Assembly (NCBI GenBank): GCA_016716185.1
Contig: JADJWV010000003.1
Coordinates: forward strand, 23,759-87,758
Direction: 5' to 3'
DNA from: Saprospiraceae bacterium
GTDB taxonomy: Bacteria; Bacteroidota; Bacteroidia; Chitinophagales; Saprospiraceae
Length of the DNA: 64,000 nucleotides
Position 1 is the first letter of the stretch. Each line of letters opens with the position of its first letter. A program made the position numbers and the translations under genes. The notes below the pieces were generated by a model that had not been told where the DNA came from, searched no databases, and worked only from the letters and a program-made list of their open reading frames with translations. Positions 37,958 through 46,307 of the stretch are shown in pieces.

Positions 37958-40801
37958 ATGGAGAAGAGTAAGCACGATAGTATTTTTAAAGAACTGGCAG
38001 CAGGCTTAAAAGGTGAATTGCATTCGGATAAATTAAATACTTCCATTTACGCGACGGATGCCAGTAATTATCAGATCCAGCCACAGGCAGTGGCATTACC
38101 CAAGGACGAAGAGGATGTAAGGCAAATCGTTGGCTGGGCTGCAAAGAACCGTGTTCCCATTGTAGCTAGAGGAGGTGGAACCAGTTTGGTGGGTCAGACT
38201 GTCGGGGAGGGATTGGTAGTTGATTTCACCAAATACATGAATCAAATTCTGGAATTGAATGTTGAGGAGCAATGGGCCTGGGTGCAACCCGGCATCGTCA
38301 GAGATGAACTCAATCGAAAATTACTTCCAGACAAACTACACTTCGCCCCGGATCCGGCAACGACAAGCAGGGCAACTGTAGGCGGAATGATTGCCAACAA
38401 CAGCAGTGGAACCAGAAGTATCCTTTACGGAAAAACATTGGATCACGTGTTAGCGTTGGAAGTATTGCTGGCTGATGGCAGTATAATCCATTGCAGCGAC
38501 CTGACAGAAACAGAACTCGAAACCAAGCTTGAAGGACAAAACATAGAATCCGGCCTTTACAAAATTATCTTCGAAATTGTAAATGAGCACCGTGAGGAAA
38601 TTGAAACCAGATTTCCAAAAGTAATGCGGCGCGTTGGCGGGTATAATCTCGATGAATTTTTGGATAACAAATGGAATCTTAGCCGCTTAATTACCGGAAG
38701 TGAATGTACACTTGGAATTATCCTGAAAGCCAAGATCCGTCTGGTTCCCAATCCAAAATTTCAATCTCTTTGCATCGTCCATTTTGCAGATTTTTTTGAT
38801 TCGATCTCTCATATTCAGCGCATGGTAGAATTCAACCCGGCTTCTGTTGAATTACTCGATCATTTGCTGATTGAAAAAAGTCGTGAAAATCTTGAAACCA
38901 AAAGGTATTGCAACTTTATTCAGGGAGAACCTGGGGGCGTACAAGTCGTCGAATTTTTTGGTGAAACCAAAGAGGACGCGGAGCGAAAAGCACAAGCATT
39001 GGCAATGCAACTAAAAAATCAGGGAATTGGTTACGCCTGGCCTGTGATTTCGGATCCAAAGGAAATGGAATCGGTATTCACGGTGCGCAAAAAAGGCCTG
39101 GGCTTGTTGATGGGTGTGAAGGGAAACAGAAAGCCAATCGCTTTTATCGAAGATGCAGCCGTTCCGCTCGAGCATTTGCCGCATTATATCCGGGAAGTCT
39201 TTGATGTTTGTCATCGGGAAAAAGTACCCGTAGTGGCTTATGCGCATGCGAGTGTTGGCTTATTGCACGTAAAACCTCTTTTGGATCTACGGGATGCAGA
39301 AGATATAGAACACATGAAGAACATCTCGGCTTCCTGCCTTCAACTGGTAAAAAAATACAAAGGGAGTTGGAGCGGTGAACATGGCGACGGATTGGCAAGG
39401 AGTCCGTACAACGAAGCATTTTTTGGATCGACTTTGTATAATGCTTTTAAAGAAATCAAACAGCTTTTTGATCCTTTGAACATCATGAACCCAGGAAAAA
39501 TCACAGAGGCACCTCCGGTTGATGAAAACTTAAGATACGGAAAAAATTATAAAGACAAAAATTTCCGTTCCATGTACCACTATCGTTCGGAAGGCAGTTT
39601 TTCGGAAGCAGTGCATTTGTGCAATGGGGTGGGTGAATGTCGAAAACTGCAAGGCGGAACCATGTGCCCAAGTTACCGTGCGACTCTCGAAGAAAAAGAC
39701 AGCACCAGAGGACGGGCCAATCTGTTGAGGATGGCCATGAGTGGTCAATTGGATGATCGCGGATTAGAAAGTCCATTGCTCGAAGAAATTATGGACCTCT
39801 GTCTTTCCTGCAAGGCCTGTAAATCAGAATGTCCAAGTAATGTAGACATGTCAAAACTCAAAAGCGAAGTCCTCCATGCTACAAAAAAAAGAAAAGGAAA
39901 ATCTTCTACCGATTATCTCATTCAGTGGCAACAGCATTTAGGGGATTTGAGTACGGGTTATGCTTCGGGCTTAGTCAATGTGCTGATGCGATCTAAGCCG
40001 TTTAGAAGTATCCTTGAAAAAATTACAGGACTCGATAGCCGACGAATTTTACCACAATACAGCCAAAAGCCTTTTCAGAATAATTTAGCAGAGGTCGAAA
40101 ATCCGGATGTAGTTCTGTTTGCCGATACGTATGTCAAATACCACGAACCTTCCATTGGGTATGCGGCATTGAAAATTTTAAGTTCTCTGGGACTGAAAGT
40201 AGCAGTTTACAGCAAAGGATGTTGTCAAAGGCCTGCACTATCCAAAGGATTGCTGGAAGAGGCCAGAAAAAAAGGTAATGCAACCTTAACAGATCTCGAA
40301 GCATATTTGAAAAAACAAATTCCGCTTGTTGTATGCGAACCTTCATGTGCAACAGCTTTGAAAGATGATCTTCCGGATCTGTCGACAGATCCCAGGTTTA
40401 TCCAATATGCAGATCACATATTTCAACTTGAAGATTTTTTGACTTCCCGTCAGGAATGGATCGATCAAATAAAGATCCGGCCAGGTGATTATCTGCTCCA
40501 CGGGCATTGCCATCAGAAAGCCATGTTCACCACCAAATCGGTTCATCAACTTTTCGCGAAACAAACGAACGTTCGTTTGGAAGAATTGCAAACAGGCTGT
40601 TGCGGAATGGCAGGCTCCTTTGGTTATGAAAAAAAACACTACGATCTTTCAAAAGCCATTGCTGAAAGTGTATTGATTCCAGGTATCGTCACGAGCAATC
40701 CGGATAACCACATCATTGCCAATGGCTTCAGTTGCAGGCACCAGATTCAGGATCTTGCAAACAGACCGGCAAAGCATTGGGCCGAATATGTTGATTTATA
40801 A
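37958..40801 (+). CDS. FAD-linked oxidase fused to Fe-S / CCG-domain module (GlcD-GlpC type, D-lactate/glycolate oxidase-like)
   Basis: FAD_binding_4 motif RGGGTSLVGQ, ferredoxin-type cluster CLSCKACKSECPSN, a second Cys cluster CNGVGECRK...CPS, and C-terminal CCGMAGSFG. Confidence 0.85.
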   Translation: MEKSKHDSIFKELAAGLKGELHSDKLNTSIYATDASNYQIQPQAVALPKDEEDVRQIVGWAAKNRVPIVARGGGTSLVGQTVGEGLVVDFTKYMNQILELNVEEQWAWVQPGIVRDELNRKLLPDKLHFAPDPATTSRATVGGMIANNSSGTRSILYGKTLDHVLALEVLLADGSIIHCSDLTETELETKLEGQNIESGLYKIIFEIVNEHREEIETRFPKVMRRVGGYNLDEFLDNKWNLSRLITGSECTLGIILKAKIRLVPNPKFQSLCIVHFADFFDSISHIQRMVEFNPASVELLDHLLIEKSRENLETKRYCNFIQGEPGGVQVVEFFGETKEDAERKAQALAMQLKNQGIGYAWPVISDPKEMESVFTVRKKGLGLLMGVKGNRKPIAFIEDAAVPLEHLPHYIREVFDVCHREKVPVVAYAHASVGLLHVKPLLDLRDAEDIEHMKNISASCLQLVKKYKGSWSGEHGDGLARSPYNEAFFGSTLYNAFKEIKQLFDPLNIMNPGKITEAPPVDENLRYGKNYKDKNFRSMYHYRSEGSFSEAVHLCNGVGECRKLQGGTMCPSYRATLEEKDSTRGRANLLRMAMSGQLDDRGLESPLLEEIMDLCLSCKACKSECPSNVDMSKLKSEVLHATKKRKGKSSTDYLIQWQQHLGDLSTGYASGLVNVLMRSKPFRSILEKITGLDSRRILPQYSQKPFQNNLAEVENPDVVLFADTYVKYHEPSIGYAALKILSSLGLKVAVYSKGCCQRPALSKGLLEEARKKGNATLTDLEAYLKKQIPLVVCEPSCATALKDDLPDLSTDPRFIQYADHIFQLEDFLTSRQEWIDQIKIRPGDYLLHGHCHQKAMFTTKSVHQLFAKQTNVRLEELQTGCCGMAGSFGYEKKHYDLSKAIAESVLIPGIVTSNPDNHIIANGFSCRHQIQDLANRPAKHWAEYVDL

Positions 40802-40826
40802 AATAGGACTTTTTCTATTTCGACCT

Positions 40827-40882
40827 CCCGATAAAATGTCCAGGATTATTTCTATTATGATGAGCAATTTCATATTATCGGG
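40827..40882 (+). repeat. Hairpin element, copy C (CCCGATAAAAT ... ATATTATCGGG)
   Basis: Terminal inverted repeat plus the conserved loop GGATTATTTCTATTATGATGAGCAATTTCAT. It lies 94 nt upstream of the SBBP gene start. Confidence 0.7.
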
Positions 40883-40975
40883 ACGATCTTTTGGGCATTT
40901 GTGCATTTTAGAAATTGATCCATCCGGTCAATTTGCTTATCTTTAAGGATTATCCATTCTTTAATTATTTCGATT

Positions 40976-42724
40976 ATGAAAAAATTTCCAGTTCAGCTGA
41001 TCATTGGTCTGCAATTCATCTTCCTATCTACCGAGCTCTACGCTCAAACTCCCGATTGGATCTGGGCTAAGAGCGTTGGAGGATCGGGAAATGAGTTAGG
41101 AAATTCAATCGCCATCGATACAGAAGGAGATGGAAGTATTTACGTGGTCGGACCATTCCAGAATTCTGTAGATTTTGATCCGGGCCCAGGTGTGGAGACT
41201 CTTGTTTCCAAAGGTTTCTATGATTTATTTATTTTGAAATTAGACCGGCGTGGAAATTTTGTTTGGGTAAAAGGCATTGGCGGTAATCTTGGGAGTGATG
41301 TGGCTAAAGCAGTAGTATGCGATCCTTCTGGTAATGGAAATATTTTTATTACCGGCGATTTTATTGGGACAGTTGACTTTGATCCGGGAGCGGCCATTGC
41401 CAATTTATCTTCTGCTGGATCAAATGATAATTTTGTTCTTAAACTCGACAAGGATGGAAATTATATCTGGGCACGAGCAATAAGAGGTTCCAGCAACGCC
41501 GGAAGTAATTTCTTAGCCGTTGACCCAAATGGAAGCGGAAATATTTATGTCACCGGATTGTTTACCGGAACTGCCGATTTCGATCCCGGAACCGGTGTTT
41601 TCAATTTGAGTTCCAATGGCTCATTCGATATTTTTGTTTTAAAATTAAATGGCGAAGGTGATTTTGTTTGGGCCAGATCCGTTGGTGGAGATAATTTTGA
41701 TGTAGCTTATCATCTGGCATTAGATACGATTAACGGTGGTCACATTTATTTGACAGGAAGGTTTCGCACCACCGTAGATTTTGATCCCGGAACCGGAACA
41801 CATATGGTCACGGCATCTGGAGTCGACGATATTTATATTTTGAAACTAAACCAAAACGGAGATTTTGTCTGGGTAAATGATCTGGGAGGTATGGGATACG
41901 GCGAAGGAAATGCCCTGGTCGTTGATCAGCAAATTGATGGAGGATTATATCTCGCAGGAAGGATTGGTGGGGGAACGGTAGATTTAGATCCCGGAATGGG
42001 GGTTTATAATCTTAAATCAGTAGGAGTAACAGATTTGGTTGTCTGTAAATTTGACAAGAATGGAAATTTTTTATGGGCGAGTCAGATGGGCGGAACGGGT
42101 TCTGAAACCAATGCCACTGCTCTGGTTAAAAAAGGAGGACAATTGTATGTAGTTGGTTTCTTTTCCAATACGATCTACTTCAATAACAACAGTGCAAATG
42201 CAGCAATATCTGTAGGCAACACCGATGTTCTCCTTTTAAAATTGGATGATCTTGGAAATTTCAAATGGGCGAAAGAAATGGGTGGATTAGCGTATGACAT
42301 TGGCTTGTCTATGGCCTTGGATGATCAGGGGATGCTCCATATCACCGGAGATTATTTTAGTAAATCCATTGCATGTGGCCAGGAAGAAATTTTTAATTTT
42401 GACAGTACTTCAATTACAGTCGATGTTTTTATTGCGAAATTGAATGCTAACCTTACGGCTACTGAAGATGATCAATCCGATCAGAAGATCTCTGTATACC
42501 CGAATCCAACAACAGACTTTATAAACATTCGTATAAATGATTTTCCAGAAACAGAATATCAAATCTGTCTCCTGAATTCACTGGGTGTTGTTGTCTACAA
42601 TACTCGCTTTACGGTCCGTGAATTTCAATTGAATATGCAATTATTACCGGATGGCATTTACCATCTCAGAATTCATGAAAATGACCAATTCGATTGCATC
42701 AAAATATTGAAGGTATCAAATTAA
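40976..42724 (+). CDS. SBBP beta-propeller-repeat protein with T9SS type-A CTD
   Basis: About 9 repeats of G(T/S)VDFDPG ... D.F(V/I)LKLD..G.F.W. C-terminal VYPNPTTDFINI ... GIYHLRI sorting domain. Confidence 0.85.
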   Translation: MKKFPVQLIIGLQFIFLSTELYAQTPDWIWAKSVGGSGNELGNSIAIDTEGDGSIYVVGPFQNSVDFDPGPGVETLVSKGFYDLFILKLDRRGNFVWVKGIGGNLGSDVAKAVVCDPSGNGNIFITGDFIGTVDFDPGAAIANLSSAGSNDNFVLKLDKDGNYIWARAIRGSSNAGSNFLAVDPNGSGNIYVTGLFTGTADFDPGTGVFNLSSNGSFDIFVLKLNGEGDFVWARSVGGDNFDVAYHLALDTINGGHIYLTGRFRTTVDFDPGTGTHMVTASGVDDIYILKLNQNGDFVWVNDLGGMGYGEGNALVVDQQIDGGLYLAGRIGGGTVDLDPGMGVYNLKSVGVTDLVVCKFDKNGNFLWASQMGGTGSETNATALVKKGGQLYVVGFFSNTIYFNNNSANAAISVGNTDVLLLKLDDLGNFKWAKEMGGLAYDIGLSMALDDQGMLHITGDYFSKSIACGQEEIFNFDSTSITVDVFIAKLNANLTATEDDQSDQKISVYPNPTTDFINIRINDFPETEYQICLLNSLGVVVYNTRFTVREFQLNMQLLPDGIYHLRIHENDQFDCIKILKVSN

Positions 42725-42830
42725 AATTCATTGCAAATATTGATTCAGCGTAAAGCCGGGTAGACATATGCAGACCTGGCCCATTCTAAAACAAATAGTT
42801 AGTATATGTTGGAGCTTGGATAAAAAAAAT

Positions 42831-42882
42831 AAAAAAAGCTGCCAACTCCTCTTTCCTGAATCAAGGCAGCTTTGATTTCTTC
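42831..42882. terminator. Possible bidirectional terminator between convergent genes
   Basis: 7-bp stem AGCTGCC / GGCAGCT (42837-42843 / 42865-42871) with an A-run upstream and T-rich tail downstream. The 21-nt loop weakens the call. Confidence 0.4.
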
Positions 42883-42897
42883 TACGAATTGAATCAA

Positions 42898-43173
42898 TTA
42901 TTGAGCCGGAGCTTTTTTAATTAATCCTCCCAGTAACGATCCGGCACCACCACCGATTAGCGAAATGATCAGGCCAATCAGGTTAAAACCCCCCTCGTCG
43001 CCACCACTTCCCAGCATTCCCAAAGCAGAAACCACCACCGGGAGCACATTCCCTCCGGCAGCACCGGCAATGAGGTTTCCAATCATACCTAAGCCGTTCT
43101 TTTTTAGCATGTTACCTAAATAACCGCCGCCAGCTCCGGCAACTGTGTTGATCAAAATTGAAGTCAAATCCAT
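42898..43173 (-). CDS. Small glycine-zipper membrane protein
   Basis: 91 aa, very Gly/Ala/Leu rich with GxxxG-type repeats (AGAGGGYLG, AGAAGGN, IGGGAGSLLGG). Confidence 0.5.
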   Translation of the reverse strand: MDLTSILINTVAGAGGGYLGNMLKKNGLGMIGNLIAGAAGGNVLPVVVSALGMLGSGGDEGGFNLIGLIISLIGGGAGSLLGGLIKKAPAQ

Positions 43174-43371
43174 CGTTGTAAGTTTTGAAGGTGATAAAAG
43201 ATTAACATAGCGAATCTAAGTCTTTTTAACAATTTATTTTCAAAAATCACTCACCACATCCCCCGTTATTCTGACAATTAACATGTGGGAAGCCTGTCTT
43301 TTCAAAAGGAAACATGAGATTATCCGCAGGTTTACATTAATTTGTAATTTCACAACTGAATTCCTTCAATC

Positions 43372-45024
43372 ATGTCGAAAAACATCAGCCATTTATCAGG
43401 TCGGAAAGAGCTTCAGGAAAATTTGTTTGAAGATCTGGGAATCCGGGCCAACCAGAATCCTAATTTGAGCAAAGAAGAGATTCAAGCCCTGGCAGAAGAG
43501 TATCTTCTGGGAACTTCTACTCTTTTCGGCAGTCTGAGTTTCTACGATTTTACCAGGACATCGAATGCAGGAAAAGAAATTTACGTTTGCAATGGCTCCG
43601 CATGCCTGACCGCCGGTACTCAAAAAAAATTGGAGGAAGAAATTGAGAAATATTTTCCCAAATCGGCCATTGGAGAAATGTGTTGTTTAGGACGTTGCCA
43701 TGAAAACAAAGCCTTTCACTACAAAGGCTCTAATTATTCGGGACAGGCTGAAGCAGAATTAGAAAAAATTCGTCAAAACCAAATAAAAATCAGAGATCGG
43801 TATCTTATTAAATCGACCGGTCGCGGATTGTTGACGCAAGATCCTCCGGACCATGATGCCCTACGCGAACAACTGTTAGTTTTGTTCAGCCATCCGGCCA
43901 CCAGATGGATCGAAGAATTGAAACAATCGGGTTTGAGAGGCCGCGGGGGTGCGGGTTTTCCAATGTGGATCAAAATGGACAGCTGTTCGAAAATGCCGGG
44001 TCCCAGAAAATTCATCGTATGCAATGCAGACGAAGGAGATCCAGGTTCGTATAGCGACCGTTACCTGCTTGAGAATCAGCCTTATTTATTGTTATTCGGG
44101 ATGATCGCCGCAGGATACATGGCCGGAGCAGATAGAGGAGTAGTCTATATCCGGGCAGAATACCCTGAATCTGTTGAAATCATGCAGGAAGCGGTAGAAA
44201 CTTTCAGAAATTGGCGATTCACCGGAGAACAAATATTGGGCAGCGAATTCAGTTATGAATTTAAAGTCATTAAAGCTCAAGGAGCTTACATCTGTGGAGA
44301 AGAAACGGCTTTATTATCTTCAATAGAAGGGCAACGACCAGAAGTAAGAGTAAGACCTCCTTTCCCGGTGCAGGAAGGCTTGTTCAGAAAACCGACAGTT
44401 GTCAACAATGTTGAAACCCTGACTAATCTATTTGCAGTTGTGAAAGATGGCGGTGCTGCTTTTTCTTCAATTGGTACAACGAAATCTACAGGAACAAAAC
44501 TGATCTCACTGGATGGTCATTTCAACAAACCCGGAATTTATGAAGTAGACATGGGTACCCCATTGAAAGAGGTGGTTTATCAGTTGGCAAACGGATTTAA
44601 AACTAAGGTTAAAGCGCTGCACATCGGCGGCCCATTGGGTGGCTTGGTACCCATTTCAAAAATTGACGACCTGACTGTTGATTTTGAATCTTTCGCAAGT
44701 CAGGGATTTATGTTGGGCCATGCTTCCGTTGTTTCTGTTCCCGATACCTTTCCAATGGTTTCATACCTCGAACATCTTTTTGCCTTTACGGCACATGAAA
44801 GTTGTGGCAAGTGTTTCCCATGCAGGTTGGGTTCGACCCGTGGAAAAGAAATGCTGCAAAAAGCGCAAGCCGATTCAAATTATAAGATTGACCGCGAACT
44901 CTTAATGGACTTATTGGATACCATGAAACGTGGATCTTTATGCGCACTCGGTGGAGGAATTCCACTTCCTGTCTACAATGCTTTACAGTATTTTGAGGAT
45001 GAGTTGAAAGATTATCTGAATTAA
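43372..45024 (+). CDS. NuoE-like [2Fe-2S] thioredoxin-fold domain fused to NuoF/HoxF-like FMN/NAD(H) flavoprotein
   Basis: N-terminal CNGSACL...CCLGRCH. NuoF motifs GRGGAGFPMWIKM, CNADEGDPGSY, YICGEETALLSSIEG and ESCGKCFPCRLG ... SLCALG. Confidence 0.8.
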   Translation: MSKNISHLSGRKELQENLFEDLGIRANQNPNLSKEEIQALAEEYLLGTSTLFGSLSFYDFTRTSNAGKEIYVCNGSACLTAGTQKKLEEEIEKYFPKSAIGEMCCLGRCHENKAFHYKGSNYSGQAEAELEKIRQNQIKIRDRYLIKSTGRGLLTQDPPDHDALREQLLVLFSHPATRWIEELKQSGLRGRGGAGFPMWIKMDSCSKMPGPRKFIVCNADEGDPGSYSDRYLLENQPYLLLFGMIAAGYMAGADRGVVYIRAEYPESVEIMQEAVETFRNWRFTGEQILGSEFSYEFKVIKAQGAYICGEETALLSSIEGQRPEVRVRPPFPVQEGLFRKPTVVNNVETLTNLFAVVKDGGAAFSSIGTTKSTGTKLISLDGHFNKPGIYEVDMGTPLKEVVYQLANGFKTKVKALHIGGPLGGLVPISKIDDLTVDFESFASQGFMLGHASVVSVPDTFPMVSYLEHLFAFTAHESCGKCFPCRLGSTRGKEMLQKAQADSNYKIDRELLMDLLDTMKRGSLCALGGGIPLPVYNALQYFEDELKDYLN

Positions 45025-45030
45025 ATTTAT

Positions 45031-46218
45031 TTGGTACTTATGCCTCCCATGCAGCAAGCCTTCATCATTGCCATGTGCAGATCAGCCTTTACCAAAGCAA
45101 AAAAAGGTGGTCTTCGATTTACACGATCTGATGACTTTGCTGCTCATATTGTAAAATCCCTGATCCACAAGATCCCGGGAATAGAAAATTACGTAGATGA
45201 TTTAATTGTGGGTTGTGCTAACCCTGAAGGAGAGCAGGGCTTACAAATCGGAAGGCAAATTGCATTGAAAGCACTCGGCATAAAACTGCCCGGTATGACC
45301 GTCAACAGGTATTGCGCTTCGGGTTTGGAAGCCTTGGCTATCGCTACTGCAAAGATTCGAAGCGGAATGGGACATTGCTATATTGCCGGTGGAGTGGAAA
45401 GCATGAGCCTGATACCCATGGAAGGATACAAGTTGGCTCCCAATTACGAACTGGCTCTGGAACACCCCGATTATCTGGTTGGAATGGGCTTAACCGCAGA
45501 AGCTGTTGCACAAAAATATAAAATCAGTCGTGAAGATCAGGATGCCTTTGCCTTGCAATCGCATGCAAATGCAGCTGCAGCGCAGGATGCCGGAATTTTT
45601 GATCGTGAAATTGAAGCTGTAATCGTAGAAGAAAAAATTTTTGAAGAGGGAACATTATCATCAAAACAAACACGAATCGACAAAGATGAAGGGATCAGAA
45701 GAGACACGAATCACGCCAGTCTGGCAGCATTAAAACCGGCATTTGCCAAGAACGGCTCAGTTACTGCAGGCAATTCCAGTCAGACCACCGATGGAGCTGC
45801 TTTCCTTCTTGTTGTGAGTGAAGAACTTCTTCAAAAATTAAACTTACAGGCGTTAGGTCGTTTGATTAGTTGCAGCATTGCTGCTGTGGATCCTCTCTAT
45901 ATGGGTATAGGCCCCTGCTTCGCCATTCCCAAGGCCCTGGAACAGGCCGGATTAAAATTAAGTGAATTAGATCTTATTGAATTAAACGAAGCATTTGCTT
46001 CACAATGCCTTGCTGTCATCCGGGAAACCGGATTAAATCCAGCAATAGTAAATGTAAATGGTGGTGCTATAGCCCTTGGTCATCCTCTGGGCTGCAGCGG
46101 TGCACGCCTGGCCATGACGGCCTTAAATGAACTGCAAAGAAGAAAACAAAAATATGGCCTTGTAACCGCATGTGTAGGAGGAGGACAAGGCATAGCTGCG
46201 GTGTTGGAGAGATTATAG
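45031..46218 (+). CDS. Acetyl-CoA C-acyltransferase (thiolase)
   Basis: Active-site contexts NRYCASGLEA, GHPLGCSGARL and CVGGGQG. The start is probably the ATG at 45040 or 45049. Confidence 0.88.
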   Translation: MVLMPPMQQAFIIAMCRSAFTKAKKGGLRFTRSDDFAAHIVKSLIHKIPGIENYVDDLIVGCANPEGEQGLQIGRQIALKALGIKLPGMTVNRYCASGLEALAIATAKIRSGMGHCYIAGGVESMSLIPMEGYKLAPNYELALEHPDYLVGMGLTAEAVAQKYKISREDQDAFALQSHANAAAAQDAGIFDREIEAVIVEEKIFEEGTLSSKQTRIDKDEGIRRDTNHASLAALKPAFAKNGSVTAGNSSQTTDGAAFLLVVSEELLQKLNLQALGRLISCSIAAVDPLYMGIGPCFAIPKALEQAGLKLSELDLIELNEAFASQCLAVIRETGLNPAIVNVNGGAIALGHPLGCSGARLAMTALNELQRRKQKYGLVTACVGGGQGIAAVLERL

Positions 46219-46307
46219 CAAATCAAAAGGTCATTAGCCTGAAGCATAAGCCTGTTAAATTTCTGTATCTTCATCCAACTTTAAGTCTCCCTTTTATCTG
46301 ATTAACC

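Noticed and set aside
40716-40946. 76-aa ORF spanning the oxidase 3' end and the downstream spacer
   Set aside because: It overlaps the end of the FAD/Fe-S oxidase gene and runs through hairpin element copy C. It is more likely non-coding.
43283-43468. 61-aa ORF overlapping the start of the NuoEF-like gene
   Set aside because: It overlaps a well-supported CDS in another frame, and no motif was found.
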